Shown here: in pieces, positions 1-10,422 of the stretch
How the letters are laid out: every line of letters starts with the position of its first letter
Numbering within the stretch: the first letter of the stretch is position 1
Source: a virus
Strand: one strand, 5' to 3'
IMG/VR virus record: IMGVR_UViG_3300019776_000919
Span: 64,001 to 128,000 of that record
DNA: 64,000 nt
Notes under the pieces: generated by a model
What the model saw: the letters and a program-made list of their open reading frames with translations, nothing else
Database searches by the model: none
What the model was told of the DNA's origin: nothing
Position numbers and translations under genes: made by a program

Positions 1-123
1 AGAGTTTTTCTTCATCGAAATCTTCATACGTAAGTTTTTCTGAGGCGCTTACTTCTGATTTCTCTTTAGACTCGCTGTTTTCAGAATCGTCAAATAGTTC
101 GTCAATCCAAATCAGTTGTGAAC

Positions 124-360
124 TCATTCACTCACCTTCCATTTGTTTATTAAGTTTGTCAAAAATTCATTTTCCTTTTCTAGTTGTCTAATCCTGTCCT
201 TCAATGAAGGATTCTCATACTCATATTTTTGATTTAAATGATGCAAAGTACGACACTCTTCCGCTAGAAAAATAAGGTCTTTATTTTTACTTAGTAGTGC
301 GTCATTTACTTGCTTATATGGAAATATGTAGATTTGAGCATTATATTGCTGATATGGCAT
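124..360 (-). CDS. hypothetical protein
   Basis: 78-aa ORF co-oriented and tightly packed in the minus-strand operon. Confidence 0.55.
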   Translation of the reverse strand: MPYQQYNAQIYIFPYKQVNDALLSKNKDLIFLAEECRTLHHLNQKYEYENPSLKDRIRQLEKENEFLTNLINKWKVSE

Positions 361-365
361 ATTTT

Positions 366-656
366 CTATGAAGCTTTAGTTAATGCTATTACCGATACCG
401 CCTTTACATGGCCAGTAAAATTATTCTCAATACAATATCCCTCTGAAATCAATCTAGAAGAGTATTTACCTATTACAGTACAAGTACCCCAATGAATACT
501 CTCAACTACTTGATCCCCAATTTGGAATTCATCATTGGGATTTTTTATTTCCGCAGATAAATTCAAGGGCTTGCAAAAGGGACAAGTATCTGGCTCCCAT
601 CCAGAAGTCTCGCTGACACTATCACAGCAATCCCATTCTTTACGATATGTTCCCAT
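366..656 (-). CDS. hypothetical protein with Cys motifs (CC...CPFC)
   Basis: AAGGA RBS upstream; packed after the UDG/exonuclease gene. Confidence 0.6.
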   Translation of the reverse strand: MGTYRKEWDCCDSVSETSGWEPDTCPFCKPLNLSAEIKNPNDEFQIGDQVVESIHWGTCTVIGKYSSRLISEGYCIENNFTGHVKAVSVIALTKAS

Positions 657-670
657 TTGAAATTCCTTAT

Positions 671-1963
671 TTAATCGGCATATTCAGTGCCAACAGTTTC
701 CAATTCAGCGTCAGCTTCTTTCGCTCTAAGCTTTGCTAGTTTCTTCAGATCACCTAGGCCATCTTCGTAACCAGCGTAACCTTCTTCGTACAGATAATCC
801 CAGCAAGCTACCTTTAGGCCGTAACATCCTTGAGTACCAGATTCAATACTGTGCAATACTAGTAAAGTATCAAAAGTAACATTGACGACTCTAATGTTTT
901 CTGCCCAATATAATACCAATATATCAAATTTTGCGTTGTGGCCTACTTTTGGTCGCTTACTTAAAAGAATCGGTTTAACTAAATCCCACGCTTCATCATG
1001 GTCATAAAATTTATTCTTACGATGCCGTAAAGGTATTACTCCAGCTACTACTTTACCCGTAACAGAGTCTCTCCATCCGAACTGAATAGTTAAGATTTTC
1101 AGATTTGGATCTAGCGGATCAAGAGAAGTTGTTTCTGTATCGAAAGATATTACTGCGTTTTCAGGAAGAGCTTCTATAGTATTTACTATAGATTTAACAT
1201 CTTCAATACTTCTTGCAATTTTGATTCTTTTGTTTAATGCAGTAAGAGCATTGAGATGAGTATCTGCGCCGAACTTCCAATCACCCCGGGCTATTTTTGC
1301 AGCTTTTTCAAAATCCCTCTGAATAACTTTCATATAGTCAGGCCCCCACATGCCGCCTTGACCACGGGCGTTTTGCCGAATATATGAAAGAATTCTGGGG
1401 TGTAGTGTAAGTACTACAGGACCGAAATCGGACATACATACTTCTCCCCGATTTCCAGAATTACTTTTATTTAACAGTCCTAAAGATTTTGTAGTAGCAG
1501 TTCCTAAAGATATAATTGCTTTAGGTTTTGTTCTCTTAATCTCTGCTAAAAGATACGGAGAACATTTCTGAAGAGTAGTTTGAGTAGGTGGTTTTCCTTG
1601 GGGGAAATCTGCATTACTGGCTTTACATTTAAGTAAGCTTACAACTCTGAAAGTAAGGCCTTCTAAACCAGATTGATTAGCTATGAAGTTTATGATACCG
1701 GCTTGGATATTGTCCTGTTGATCCGGTCTGCGATCATATTTACCAGGAGGGTTTTGATGATCTTGAATAATCAGAACATCCACTTCATGGTTTAAAAGAC
1801 TCACTACATTTGTAGTTTTACATTTTAGTTTACAGATTTTTTCACAATAAGTGTCATCTATTTTTGAGAAGTCAGTAAGTTTAATTATTGCAGCCTGAGT
1901 TGCTGCTGTTATTTTCGGCCTAGAGTAAAGTTCCTCTAGGCTAAGGTCTGTTAGTTTTGCCAT
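671..1963 (-). CDS. uracil-DNA glycosylase family 4-like domain fused to a DnaQ/PolA-type 3'-5' exonuclease (N-terminal part of a split DNA polymerase)
   Basis: C-x3-C N-terminus, LLKC...PP...CSPYLLAEI...PKAIISLG..A and TLHP (UDG-4 pattern); ExoI FDTETT, ExoII GHNAKFD, FDTLL, YGLK. Start taken at MAKL (1963) because a promoter-like TGGTATAAC lies just upstream. Confidence 0.8.
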   Translation of the reverse strand: MAKLTDLSLEELYSRPKITAATQAAIIKLTDFSKIDDTYCEKICKLKCKTTNVVSLLNHEVDVLIIQDHQNPPGKYDRRPDQQDNIQAGIINFIANQSGLEGLTFRVVSLLKCKASNADFPQGKPPTQTTLQKCSPYLLAEIKRTKPKAIISLGTATTKSLGLLNKSNSGNRGEVCMSDFGPVVLTLHPRILSYIRQNARGQGGMWGPDYMKVIQRDFEKAAKIARGDWKFGADTHLNALTALNKRIKIARSIEDVKSIVNTIEALPENAVISFDTETTSLDPLDPNLKILTIQFGWRDSVTGKVVAGVIPLRHRKNKFYDHDEAWDLVKPILLSKRPKVGHNAKFDILVLYWAENIRVVNVTFDTLLVLHSIESGTQGCYGLKVACWDYLYEEGYAGYEDGLGDLKKLAKLRAKEADAELETVGTEYAD

Positions 1964-2050
1964 ATTATTGTTATACCACAAATACCTGTAAAACCTAAAA
2001 AAAAGAAAACCCCCAGTTACGGGGGCTTCTGAACAAGGAGATTTACTTTA

Positions 2051-2314
2051 TCAAATGCCGTCAGGGAAGGTGCGGAACTTCAAAACCTGTTTGGCGGGGA
2101 TTTGAATAGCCTCACCGGTCTTTGGATTATGCCCACGTCTAGGAGCACGGGTTACCAGCATCATTCTGCCGAGTCCGGGAAAAACAGCTTCTCCCTCTGC
2201 TTGAAGGTGCTTCTTTAGGGCCGCAGTAACGGCAACTAGAATTTGATCACCCTCAGCGTTTGACTTACCCAGTGACTCAGCAATAAGAGCTGCAAATTGT
2301 GAACGATTGCTCAT
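2051..2314 (-). CDS. hup: HU/IHF-family DNA-binding protein
   Basis: FPGLG...RAPRRGHNPKTGEAIQIPAKQVLKF signature. Confidence 0.92.
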   Translation of the reverse strand: MSNRSQFAALIAESLGKSNAEGDQILVAVTAALKKHLQAEGEAVFPGLGRMMLVTRAPRRGHNPKTGEAIQIPAKQVLKFRTFPDGI

Positions 2315-2347
2315 GTGTATTTTCTTTCTTTTTAAGTTTTAATTGAT

Positions 2348-2638
2348 TTAGAGTTTTTTATTTGGACCCAAGAGTTTAATCTTAGGTTGAAATGTGCAAT
2401 TATACGGATTCAAAATTCCCTTGTCAAATCCGATACGTTCTGCCAAAAACTCATTATCAGCAGATACGATGCCTAGTAGGGGAGGTTTACCCCAGCTACC
2501 CTTCCAGTAATCTGGATAAAATGCGTAGCGGTTTTCACCTCTTCCAAAAAACTGCCTGTATTGAGCGGAAGCAAAAGCTGCTTGTTCTTTTTCGCTAACC
2601 GACTCAATTGCTATAGTACTAATTTCTGTGTTGCTCAC
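2348..2638 (-). CDS. hypothetical protein
   Basis: 96-aa ORF in operon. Confidence 0.55.
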   Translation of the reverse strand: MSNTEISTIAIESVSEKEQAAFASAQYRQFFGRGENRYAFYPDYWKGSWGKPPLLGIVSADNEFLAERIGFDKGILNPYNCTFQPKIKLLGPNKKL

Positions 2639-2719
2639 TTTGATTATTAAAGTTGTTGTGAAGATTCAGATTGTACACTACTTTTTTTATAACGCAAGTA
2701 TTTTTTCTAATTTTTCATA

Positions 2720-5700
2720 TTATTTATCATAACCCACTAAGCTCTGTACTTGGAAAGGTGCTTTGCTAAGGTCTAAAGTAAGAACAGTTCTCCTGTCTTG
2801 CAAAAGACCCATAGTCACCCGACGATCATCACTGACGAAATAAGGCTCTTCTCTAAAAGCTCTGAGAATAGCATGCTTAGAAAAACGCTGCCTTTCATCT
2901 CGAATGCTATCGTTTACCTCTTTAAATACCGCACTATACCAGATGTTGATAAGATTAGGGTCTTTTGCATCTCTGCTTATATGACCATCATCCAACACAC
3001 TATTAACTCTACCTTTTAACTGCTCCATATAGTCAATAAATCTGGCTAAGGTGTTGTCGTTTTTCTGAGCATTATGCTCACTAACACTGGTCTTAACTAA
3101 GTAACCAATAAAGTCATACTCCGGGAAATACTTGTCTGCTAATTGCTTAGCAAAATAAGCAGCCCCCGACCATACCTTACTAATTCTATTCGAACATCCG
3201 TGAGAGACTAGGACAGAGTCCAGCTTACGTATCTCAGCCATGACATCTCGGTGATCTGTCCGGCAAGAATCAATAATCCAATAGTAAGTGATATTGCTAA
3301 ATTTCTCGCTGAGATTTTCCATGTTGTCATAATTTTTCTGCAGCACCGGATCTTTAGTGTCATTGTTAGGTACTCGAATCATAATGCATCGTTCTTTAGT
3401 AGCAGGGTCTTCTGGGAGATCTTCCCCTGCTATCATCAACGTTGCATTGATTTTCTGATTTCGTATCTTTTTAGCATCATTTTTATCAGCAATAGTACGA
3501 CCCTCTCTATCGTACCACGACCGGATAGTCCCCAGGTGACGACTAGATTCTTCATCTGCTCTTAGCTCATCGAGAAATAGGGGTAACGAAGCATAGTACT
3601 CCGCTTTTCTCATGAAACCAATCCCGCTACGCAGTTGTTGCACCGATGTGCTAGCCATCTTATCTCGGAAACCAAAGAAGTTTTGAAGCCATCTGGCCAA
3701 AGTAGACTTACCTTTACCAGCAATACCCCAAAACATCAATGATCCCATGCCCCCATTAAACTTAAAAATGCTATTAGAGTATACGTTCGATTGTATCCAA
3801 CCCACAGCCATTAAAGCAGCGCCAGGATCTTTTAAGATCATAGCCATACCCTTAACAGCTTCTCCTAACAAGTTTTCAGTTTCTTCTCTAGATAAGCCAA
3901 CCTGCAATGAAGGTATACCATCATACCCTTCGGTTGAAGAGATACTTTCCGGTTTAATACCCATTGCTCCACTGGGCCAAAATACGCCGTTAGCGTCAGG
4001 CTCTACACAAACCCCGCTATCTGTAATCAGTAAGTTCTTAAAGATCCAGCATTTTTGCGGTTCGTATCTACCTACTTGGCTTGCAATCTTGATCGTAGAA
4101 CCTGTAAATTTGTTATATACAAGTCTCCATACCCCATCAAGATCTTGCTCTCTACCAGACCATTCACAATCTCCATATCTAGCCACCATAATCTTAAAAA
4201 GCTTAACGGTAACCTTAGTTTCAGAATTAACTAGAAACGGCTCACTCTGAAAACCGTCTTCTCGAATGAGTACCACTTCTCTCCATTGCTCCCGGTCATC
4301 ATCTAGATAGATGTTCAGTAATTTCATCGTGAAATCACTGATTCGAGTTTCAATGGTACGATCTTTTACTTCTCGTACTTTGGCGTAATGGGTTCTACGT
4401 TGAATGATATATCCATCATCCTTCATAACCCCCTCTTCTACAAAAGATTCTTCTTCTGCAGCAGATCCAAACTCCGTAGGCAACCTATGGGCCTGGGCTT
4501 GTTGAACAGTAGGTAATGCAGGACCTGTAACATGCATTCCTTCACTAATCATTCCTCCTGGACCAACTTGAAACGTATCTCCTACCGAGAGTCCGTTTTC
4601 TACTATGGTCCCATTTGGGATTAGATCGGGCTTTGGGACGATTTCTGACCACAGGACATCCTCTGCCTTGGTCGACAGTTTTTTTTCCTCTAAAACGACG
4701 TTTACGACGTTGGCCTTGATCAGGTCAGCAATAACTGCACCGGCTCTTACATGCTCGTCAATATCCTTGTCTTCAGGGGGTCGTACATGGACCAATCCCT
4801 TGAAGTTCTTCTTTACAGCTTCAAGTTTCTTTCTATACCCATCCCCGGCATCGTCCGGATCAAATATAGTAAGAATCTTTTTGTCTTTACAATGATTCTT
4901 TAACCATTCGATCTGGTCTGCAGAAATCTGACCTATGATTGCCGCCACTGAAGTTAATCCGGCCCGCAACAAAGACAATCTATCGTTCTCGCCTTCTACC
5001 AGGATAATAGTAGAGTCCGAGCTTAAAGCATCTTGACCATAAAACAAATACCCATTCAAACTGTATTTCTTGGGTAGTTGGTATTGGAGGCGTTTTAAAG
5101 GATCTTTGAAAGTAAAGTGACTGACTCTACCCTTTATGAAATGAGGGTAGATAAAGCAATTAGCAGGCAGGAAATCTTTTCCTGTCTTGAGATTTTTAAG
5201 ACCGCTTTTCTCAACGATTTCCTGATCTATACCAACCGATTCAAGATATTCCAACAGGCCGCCATCGGAGAAACCAATCTTGTTAGTACTCAAAATATCC
5301 TGAGTATGGCCTCTAATTTCGGTTTGATATCTAATTGGAGTAAGTCCGTTTAGAACCGGATAGGGCTTATCGCAAGTTTCAATCAGGCACTGGTGGTAAT
5401 AATCTGCTGCAAGATTAAATACTTGTTGAATTGGATTATACGAACTGGGTAATCTAATACCGTAGTCATTAGCCAACTCCTTGACAGCTTCACCTACAGA
5501 AATACCTTTCCGCTTTGCCCGCCAAGTTATTACGTCGCCTTTCTGTCCGCAAGAAAAGCACTTGTAAAAAGAGTTTTCTGGGGAAGTTTCCTCGTGTTTA
5601 AGAGAGAAGCAATCGTGGTGAGAGCAAAACGGGCAAGCCTCTAATTCTTTATCTTCTATTTTCCAATTCTTTTCCCCGGATTGTTTGAAAGTTACTCCGA

Positions 5701-5755
5701 GGTCTTTTTCTACTTCTTTTAATAAATTGACTTGCTGTTTTACGAGATCAAACAT
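2720..5755 (-). CDS. DNA primase-helicase (Zn finger + TOPRIM + C-terminal P-loop domain)
   Basis: CPFC..H...YKCFSCGQKGDVI zinc finger; LVEGENDRLSL, IFDPDDAG and KDIDE TOPRIM motifs; Walker A GIAGKGKS and Walker B LFLDE. Confidence 0.9.
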   Translation of the reverse strand: MFDLVKQQVNLLKEVEKDLGVTFKQSGEKNWKIEDKELEACPFCSHHDCFSLKHEETSPENSFYKCFSCGQKGDVITWRAKRKGISVGEAVKELANDYGIRLPSSYNPIQQVFNLAADYYHQCLIETCDKPYPVLNGLTPIRYQTEIRGHTQDILSTNKIGFSDGGLLEYLESVGIDQEIVEKSGLKNLKTGKDFLPANCFIYPHFIKGRVSHFTFKDPLKRLQYQLPKKYSLNGYLFYGQDALSSDSTIILVEGENDRLSLLRAGLTSVAAIIGQISADQIEWLKNHCKDKKILTIFDPDDAGDGYRKKLEAVKKNFKGLVHVRPPEDKDIDEHVRAGAVIADLIKANVVNVVLEEKKLSTKAEDVLWSEIVPKPDLIPNGTIVENGLSVGDTFQVGPGGMISEGMHVTGPALPTVQQAQAHRLPTEFGSAAEEESFVEEGVMKDDGYIIQRRTHYAKVREVKDRTIETRISDFTMKLLNIYLDDDREQWREVVLIREDGFQSEPFLVNSETKVTVKLFKIMVARYGDCEWSGREQDLDGVWRLVYNKFTGSTIKIASQVGRYEPQKCWIFKNLLITDSGVCVEPDANGVFWPSGAMGIKPESISSTEGYDGIPSLQVGLSREETENLLGEAVKGMAMILKDPGAALMAVGWIQSNVYSNSIFKFNGGMGSLMFWGIAGKGKSTLARWLQNFFGFRDKMASTSVQQLRSGIGFMRKAEYYASLPLFLDELRADEESSRHLGTIRSWYDREGRTIADKNDAKKIRNQKINATLMIAGEDLPEDPATKERCIMIRVPNNDTKDPVLQKNYDNMENLSEKFSNITYYWIIDSCRTDHRDVMAEIRKLDSVLVSHGCSNRISKVWSGAAYFAKQLADKYFPEYDFIGYLVKTSVSEHNAQKNDNTLARFIDYMEQLKGRVNSVLDDGHISRDAKDPNLINIWYSAVFKEVNDSIRDERQRFSKHAILRAFREEPYFVSDDRRVTMGLLQDRRTVLTLDLSKAPFQVQSLVGYDK

Positions 5756-5837
5756 GAATTCTTTTCTTCTTTTCTTTTCAAAGGGTTATGACTCAAGGGG
5801 TGAGATTATAAGCCATAGCCCTTTGATTAGACAAGGG

Positions 5838-6428
5838 CTAAAACAATTCTAATTGAGTACCTGGTTTTGGATCTTTATTTGGATAAGACGGATTATCCAC
5901 TCCAATTTCTATTTTTACAACCGAACTTGGCTCACTGACTTTAAATGCATACAACATAGACATTTTCAGATCATCATCATAGCTTCGGATACTTTCTTTT
6001 TGAAACCGATATTGTTCTGCTCTATTTAATAGATCTGCATACTCTCTTGCGGTTAAATTAAGTGAACCTATATTACTTTCTAACACATAAGCAGTTTTAT
6101 CAACAAAAGACCGTTGTGCCCAACTTTGACCGTACATTTTCCATCGATCAGGTTGAGTAATTCTAACTGTACTGACTGAAGTTATTGGTTTTGTGCGCTG
6201 ATTTACCGTATCAAGTATATCTGATTGATACGGTAAAGTAGTAGGAGAGTTAGTTGAAGTCGAAGCCGGGTGAATGCATCCATTGGTTAAAGTTACCGGC
6301 GTACCTTGAGTGTAATACGTTGAAGAGGTAACTGAATCTGGGTCGTAAAACTCCCAACTTCTCCCGGACTCACGGTGAGTTTTTTCTTTAATAAAATCAG
6401 CAATTAATTCTGAATTGAAAGTTGACAT
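5838..6428 (-). CDS. hypothetical protein
   Basis: 196-aa ORF abutting the exonuclease gene. Confidence 0.6.
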   Translation of the reverse strand: MSTFNSELIADFIKEKTHRESGRSWEFYDPDSVTSSTYYTQGTPVTLTNGCIHPASTSTNSPTTLPYQSDILDTVNQRTKPITSVSTVRITQPDRWKMYGQSWAQRSFVDKTAYVLESNIGSLNLTAREYADLLNRAEQYRFQKESIRSYDDDLKMSMLYAFKVSEPSSVVKIEIGVDNPSYPNKDPKPGTQLELF

Positions 6429-7460
6429 TTATTTCCCTACTGCTATTTTTATCCATTTTTTAGTACTTAACTCTAATGGTTTAAATTCACCAGATTTACA
6501 TCCAATGTTGTCATATTCACACCATTTGCAATAAGGACCTCTAACATGCTTGAAATAACCCATTTCTTTTAGAAGATCTATTGCACCTTCCAGGCTCATT
6601 TCTAAGCCATTCTTAAGGTTATTTTCAATATCATCCGGATCAGAAAAATCAAGCATCTTAACTTCACCCTCCCCGATAAAATGCACGCCCGTCTGAGCAC
6701 CTTTTACTTTAGAGATAGAGAAGTGAAATAGGATCTTATACCAGTCTAATTGTTCTTTATAAACCTTAGGACTTCCTTGCCCGCCGCCAGTTTTATGATC
6801 CAGGATAACAATATCCATGCACTCTAGTAGTAAGACTAGGTCAATTACGCCTCGAACCCATACGTTCTTGCCAAAAAAATCAGCGGGTTTGAAATCTCTA
6901 GTGATACCCATTCGAAGTTCCGTAAACACCTTTTTAATAGGAGTACGTAACTTAAAGTTATCTATTCGATCCTTGAATTTATTTATGTTGAAACTTAGAA
7001 TAGTAACTCGTTCCTCCCAAACTTCAGGGGTCAACAGTTTTTTATCTAAGTAATCTTTCTTTACTTTAGCGAAAGACTTTTCAACATCTTCACCTAGTAA
7101 TACGTTCTCTAGGATTTCGTGCGCAGCTTTACCCACGTTGGCTGAAATAGGATCTGACTGTAGAAGTAAATTTTCTGGCAGTTTGAACTTAAGAATGTAC
7201 TTCAAATAGAATTGAAAAGGACATTTCTTTAGAGATTTATACTTTGAGTATGACCAGGGGCCCAATGACAAAATATCTAAAGGAACGTGTTTTAATTCTC
7301 GATCTAACTTTTCTATCTCAGTTAGAAATACGTTCTTAGGCTCGGCTAGTTCAGCAGGAACGGGGTTAGGAAGATCTTTCTCAGTTTCAGCTACTTCATT
7401 TTCCCAAGGAGGAGTAGATGCTACTTCCGATTTTTTAGTTTTAGTTTTTTCTTTTTTCAT
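6429..7460 (-). CDS. PD-(D/E)XK RecB/Cas4-like exonuclease
   Basis: WSYSKY..LKKCP.QFY, G.AAHEILE, RGVIDLV, ILDHKTG, QLDWY, C-terminal CKWCEY...C. Confidence 0.88.
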   Translation of the reverse strand: MKKEKTKTKKSEVASTPPWENEVAETEKDLPNPVPAELAEPKNVFLTEIEKLDRELKHVPLDILSLGPWSYSKYKSLKKCPFQFYLKYILKFKLPENLLLQSDPISANVGKAAHEILENVLLGEDVEKSFAKVKKDYLDKKLLTPEVWEERVTILSFNINKFKDRIDNFKLRTPIKKVFTELRMGITRDFKPADFFGKNVWVRGVIDLVLLLECMDIVILDHKTGGGQGSPKVYKEQLDWYKILFHFSISKVKGAQTGVHFIGEGEVKMLDFSDPDDIENNLKNGLEMSLEGAIDLLKEMGYFKHVRGPYCKWCEYDNIGCKSGEFKPLELSTKKWIKIAVGK

Positions 7461-8050
7461 TAATGACGATATTTAGATTTGACTGATTTCACGAAAAAAA
7501 GGCTAGAATCTTCATCGTCAAAATCATTTAACTGATTCTCTTCAGTAGAAGTGTCGATTTTTTCACCGGAAGTACCCTTTATTTCATTAGTGTTTTTTAA
7601 CTGAGTCAGTAGGGCATCCACTTGATTTCTGCGTTCCTGGTTAAAAAACCCAGGGATACTGCTAAATCTATCCTTAGTCAGATTCAAGTAATGGTAGAAA
7701 ATCGTAGGGGTTGGTAGAGCCATTAAGTAACTACCAGTTTTGAACAGCTTAACCATAGCAGAAGGGGCTATGAATTCTGCAGTTACTACGCCAGTCTCTG
7801 TATTACTGACTAAACATGTTGGAAGTGCAACAATAAATCCGTCGTCAGTTTCTTGAAGTAGATATGCTACGATAGTCTTCCCGCCCCCCATGGAAAACAT
7901 TCGTACAGATACTGCCCCTTTCCTAATAATGACCCCTTTTTGATTAAGGGCGGCCATTTCACTAATAAAGGCTTTTTCTTCATTAGTCATTTCCGGTAAG
8001 GGGATTTTTTCTGTGCTTTCCGGATTAAAAGTTTTAATTTCTTCAGTCAC
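7460..8050 (-). CDS. hypothetical protein
   Basis: 196-aa ORF with GTG start, overlapping the exonuclease start. Confidence 0.6.
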   Translation of the reverse strand: MTEEIKTFNPESTEKIPLPEMTNEEKAFISEMAALNQKGVIIRKGAVSVRMFSMGGGKTIVAYLLQETDDGFIVALPTCLVSNTETGVVTAEFIAPSAMVKLFKTGSYLMALPTPTIFYHYLNLTKDRFSSIPGFFNQERRNQVDALLTQLKNTNEIKGTSGEKIDTSTEENQLNDFDDEDSSLFFVKSVKSKYRH

Positions 8051-8122
8051 GCTAGCCTTTGATATTGTAATTTTTATTAACTAAAAAAAGGGAGGGAATA
8101 TACCCTCCGTTTTTATTGCCTA

Positions 8123-8980
8123 TTACAGGCTGTAATTTTTAGCTAGGTTGCTGACTTCAGAAGCTTTAACTTCGTCTACTACAACATTGCTTTCTAAAGC
8201 CGGGGTATCACTCTCAGTTGAATTGTTTGACAGGGCCAAACGATCCCGACGCTCAGTAGCATTCTTGTAGAAAATCTCAATAGTCTTCTTGCGATCTTCT
8301 GAGACTGCGCTAAACAGTTCCTTGAGGAATGGGAGAAGTTCTGCAGGGGTTTTGCGATCCTTTTCATCCAGAACTTGGACTTTGAAATTCTCAACATTCT
8401 TAGCCGTCGAACTAGTTGCGCTTGTCAACCCATAGATTCTCTGATAGGGCAGGACCCCAGCCCGTTTCATCAAACCTTCCAACTCATTACCAATCTTGAA
8501 ATTAGATTTCGAGAATTGGATCAAGAAGATAGATTTCAGATCGCTGGAGATAGCCAAGACAGACTTACTCTTGCCGCAGTCACTTCCAACGCCTTCAACC
8601 CATTTTGCATGTTCACAAGAGTAACATTCACGACCGATTTGACCCATCTTAGCGTCAGGGCTCCAGCACAGCATCTTGTTGTTGGTTTGGTCCGGGTCCC
8701 AGTATTGACGAGTATCCCAAATGCGGATAGGGATGAACTTCAGAGGCTGTTCAAGTTTAGTTTCACCAAGAACGAAATCACCGATAGAAGTCCCCTTAGG
8801 GAGAGAAGTTCTATCCGTGGTTCCTTGAACCAGACGCAGGAAACCGGGCTTCCATTGAGTAGGAGTATCGCCAATGCCTTCAATCGGTGTACCCATTTCT
8901 TCGATAAGTTTCAAGGCATTTTCTTTAATACCTTCGGGGAGGGCTTCGGCTGCAGAGGTCAGAGTTTCAAGATTATTCAT
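8123..8980 (-). CDS. putative ssDNA-binding/recombination protein
   Basis: RLVQG..., four Cys (CWSPD..C..C...C), acidic tail, located beside the exonuclease in the replication module; function inferred. Confidence 0.5.
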   Translation of the reverse strand: MNNLETLTSAAEALPEGIKENALKLIEEMGTPIEGIGDTPTQWKPGFLRLVQGTTDRTSLPKGTSIGDFVLGETKLEQPLKFIPIRIWDTRQYWDPDQTNNKMLCWSPDAKMGQIGRECYSCEHAKWVEGVGSDCGKSKSVLAISSDLKSIFLIQFSKSNFKIGNELEGLMKRAGVLPYQRIYGLTSATSSTAKNVENFKVQVLDEKDRKTPAELLPFLKELFSAVSEDRKKTIEIFYKNATERRDRLALSNNSTESDTPALESNVVVDEVKASEVSNLAKNYSL

Positions 8981-9012
8981 AAATATAAAAGTTAGTTTTA
9001 GTTGTTAAAAAA

Positions 9013-9198
9013 TCAGAGCCCGGATTGAAGAACTGTAGGGTTCGCATCCGTGAGTTGAAATTGTTTGTTTTCAATTATAACAGACAAATCTGCCAAAGAC
9101 AATCCCCAATTTTGTTTAATTCTCTCGGGGATTACTCCAGTTTTAATTTGAAAGTACTCGTCTGAAGTTATCAGTAATGATCCAGTTTTTTCCATCAT
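9013..9198 (-). CDS. hypothetical protein
   Basis: Directly downstream of the conserved phage promoter at 9205. Confidence 0.5.
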   Translation of the reverse strand: MMEKTGSLLITSDEYFQIKTGVIPERIKQNWGLSLADLSVIIENKQFQLTDANPTVLQSGL

Positions 9199-9236
9199 AT
9201 TTTTCTTATACCAGGAATTTCGATGTTCTTGAAGTA

Positions 9237-9458
9237 TTAATCTTCTTTCGGCTTAAAGATTTCTTCGGGCATGCCTGAGACGTGAATTATCAGCCTGTTT
9301 GACGAGGCAAATCCGCACTCGGTTTTATATCTACCGGAGAATGCCTCAGCAAGAAGATCTAGGTTAGGTAATTCTCCAGCGCCATTTCCCTCTATGGCAA
9401 CTGCAAAAATACCTCGTTCGGGGATGAGTTTAATTTCAGTTTTTAACATACTTGACAA
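9237..9458 (-). CDS. hypothetical protein
   Basis: Small ORF divergent from the sigma gene. Confidence 0.45.
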   Translation of the reverse strand: MSSMLKTEIKLIPERGIFAVAIEGNGAGELPNLDLLAEAFSGRYKTECGFASSNRLIIHVSGMPEEIFKPKED

Positions 9459-9480
9459 TTTAAAATTAGTGATTTAAAAT
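9452..9480 (+). promoter_or_regulatory. sigma70-type promoter for the phage sigma factor gene
   Basis: TTGACA-N17-TAAAAT, 24 nt upstream of the ATG at 9505. Confidence 0.7.
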
Positions 9481-9504
9481 ACCGGCCATCAATACAGGTG
9501 ATTA

Positions 9505-10290
9505 ATGGATCTCGGCGCGTACTATGAAAGTATAACAAAAGAACCCTTGTTAAGCAAGGAAGAAGAGTATGATTTTTTCTTAGAGATGAACGATGCGTCT
9601 ATCTCAGAAAAACGTAAAAGAGAAATTCAAGATAAAGTTATACGAGCAAATCTTAGATTTGTATTTAAGGAAGCTAAGAGACGCAGTAAAGGAGATCCTT
9701 ATCTTTTTGAAGAACTTATTGCAGCAGGTAATGATGGTCTTATCGCTGGAATGAGTAAGTATGACCCTGACAGCGGATACAGATTTCTAACCTATGCCGG
9801 GTGGTGGGTTCTTCAAAGAATGCTTAACGTCATGGGTAAACAGCGAATAGTTGCATTACCTATATGGAGGCAGCAATTATCCTCCAGAATAGAGCGAGTG
9901 ATTGAAGCCAATGAAGATATTACATTCCCCGAGCTAAAAAAACACTTCCCAGAAGTACCAGATAAGGATCTTAAAGAACTATTTGAAACTCGCTTCTTAA
10001 CCTTCTATATAGAAGATATGGGAGAAGACAGTGAATTTCAAATAGACCCTATTGAAACAGTCGTCAACACAAAACTTGACAACGAGCGTATTCAAAGCAC
10101 TGTAGAGCAGTTACCTGATTTGCATAAGCAAGTTATACAAGCTTCGTTTGGATTGATAGACGGAGATGATAAAAGAAAACCTGCAGATATTGCTAAAGAA
10201 TTAGGGATCTCCAGGGATAGGTTTAATCAAATTAAACGTGAATCTCTGGAGATGTTGCGTTCAAAATTCGGGGGAGTCAACCCCTTTTAA
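9505..10290 (+). CDS. RNA polymerase sigma factor (sigma70 family)
   Basis: Region 1.2 EPLLSKEEE; region 2 ANLRFV..AKR...EELIAAGNDGL...KYDPDSGYRFLTYAGWWV; region 4 HTH IAKELGISRDRFNQI. Confidence 0.95.
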   Translation: MDLGAYYESITKEPLLSKEEEYDFFLEMNDASISEKRKREIQDKVIRANLRFVFKEAKRRSKGDPYLFEELIAAGNDGLIAGMSKYDPDSGYRFLTYAGWWVLQRMLNVMGKQRIVALPIWRQQLSSRIERVIEANEDITFPELKKHFPEVPDKDLKELFETRFLTFYIEDMGEDSEFQIDPIETVVNTKLDNERIQSTVEQLPDLHKQVIQASFGLIDGDDKRKPADIAKELGISRDRFNQIKRESLEMLRSKFGGVNPF

Positions 10291-10422
10291 TCGCCGCCGT
10301 CTACTTCGTTACTGTTTGGGAAGTGCAGATGGAGGATCATCCTCATCTTTATCCCTAGGCCATGCGCCCCAGTTCCATAGACCCAGTACTGCTTTATGGA
10401 TAAGTATGGCAGCGATCATTGT

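Noticed and set aside
6429-7460. CRISPR-associated Cas4
   Set aside because: No cas genes or array in the window; the context is phage replication and recombination.
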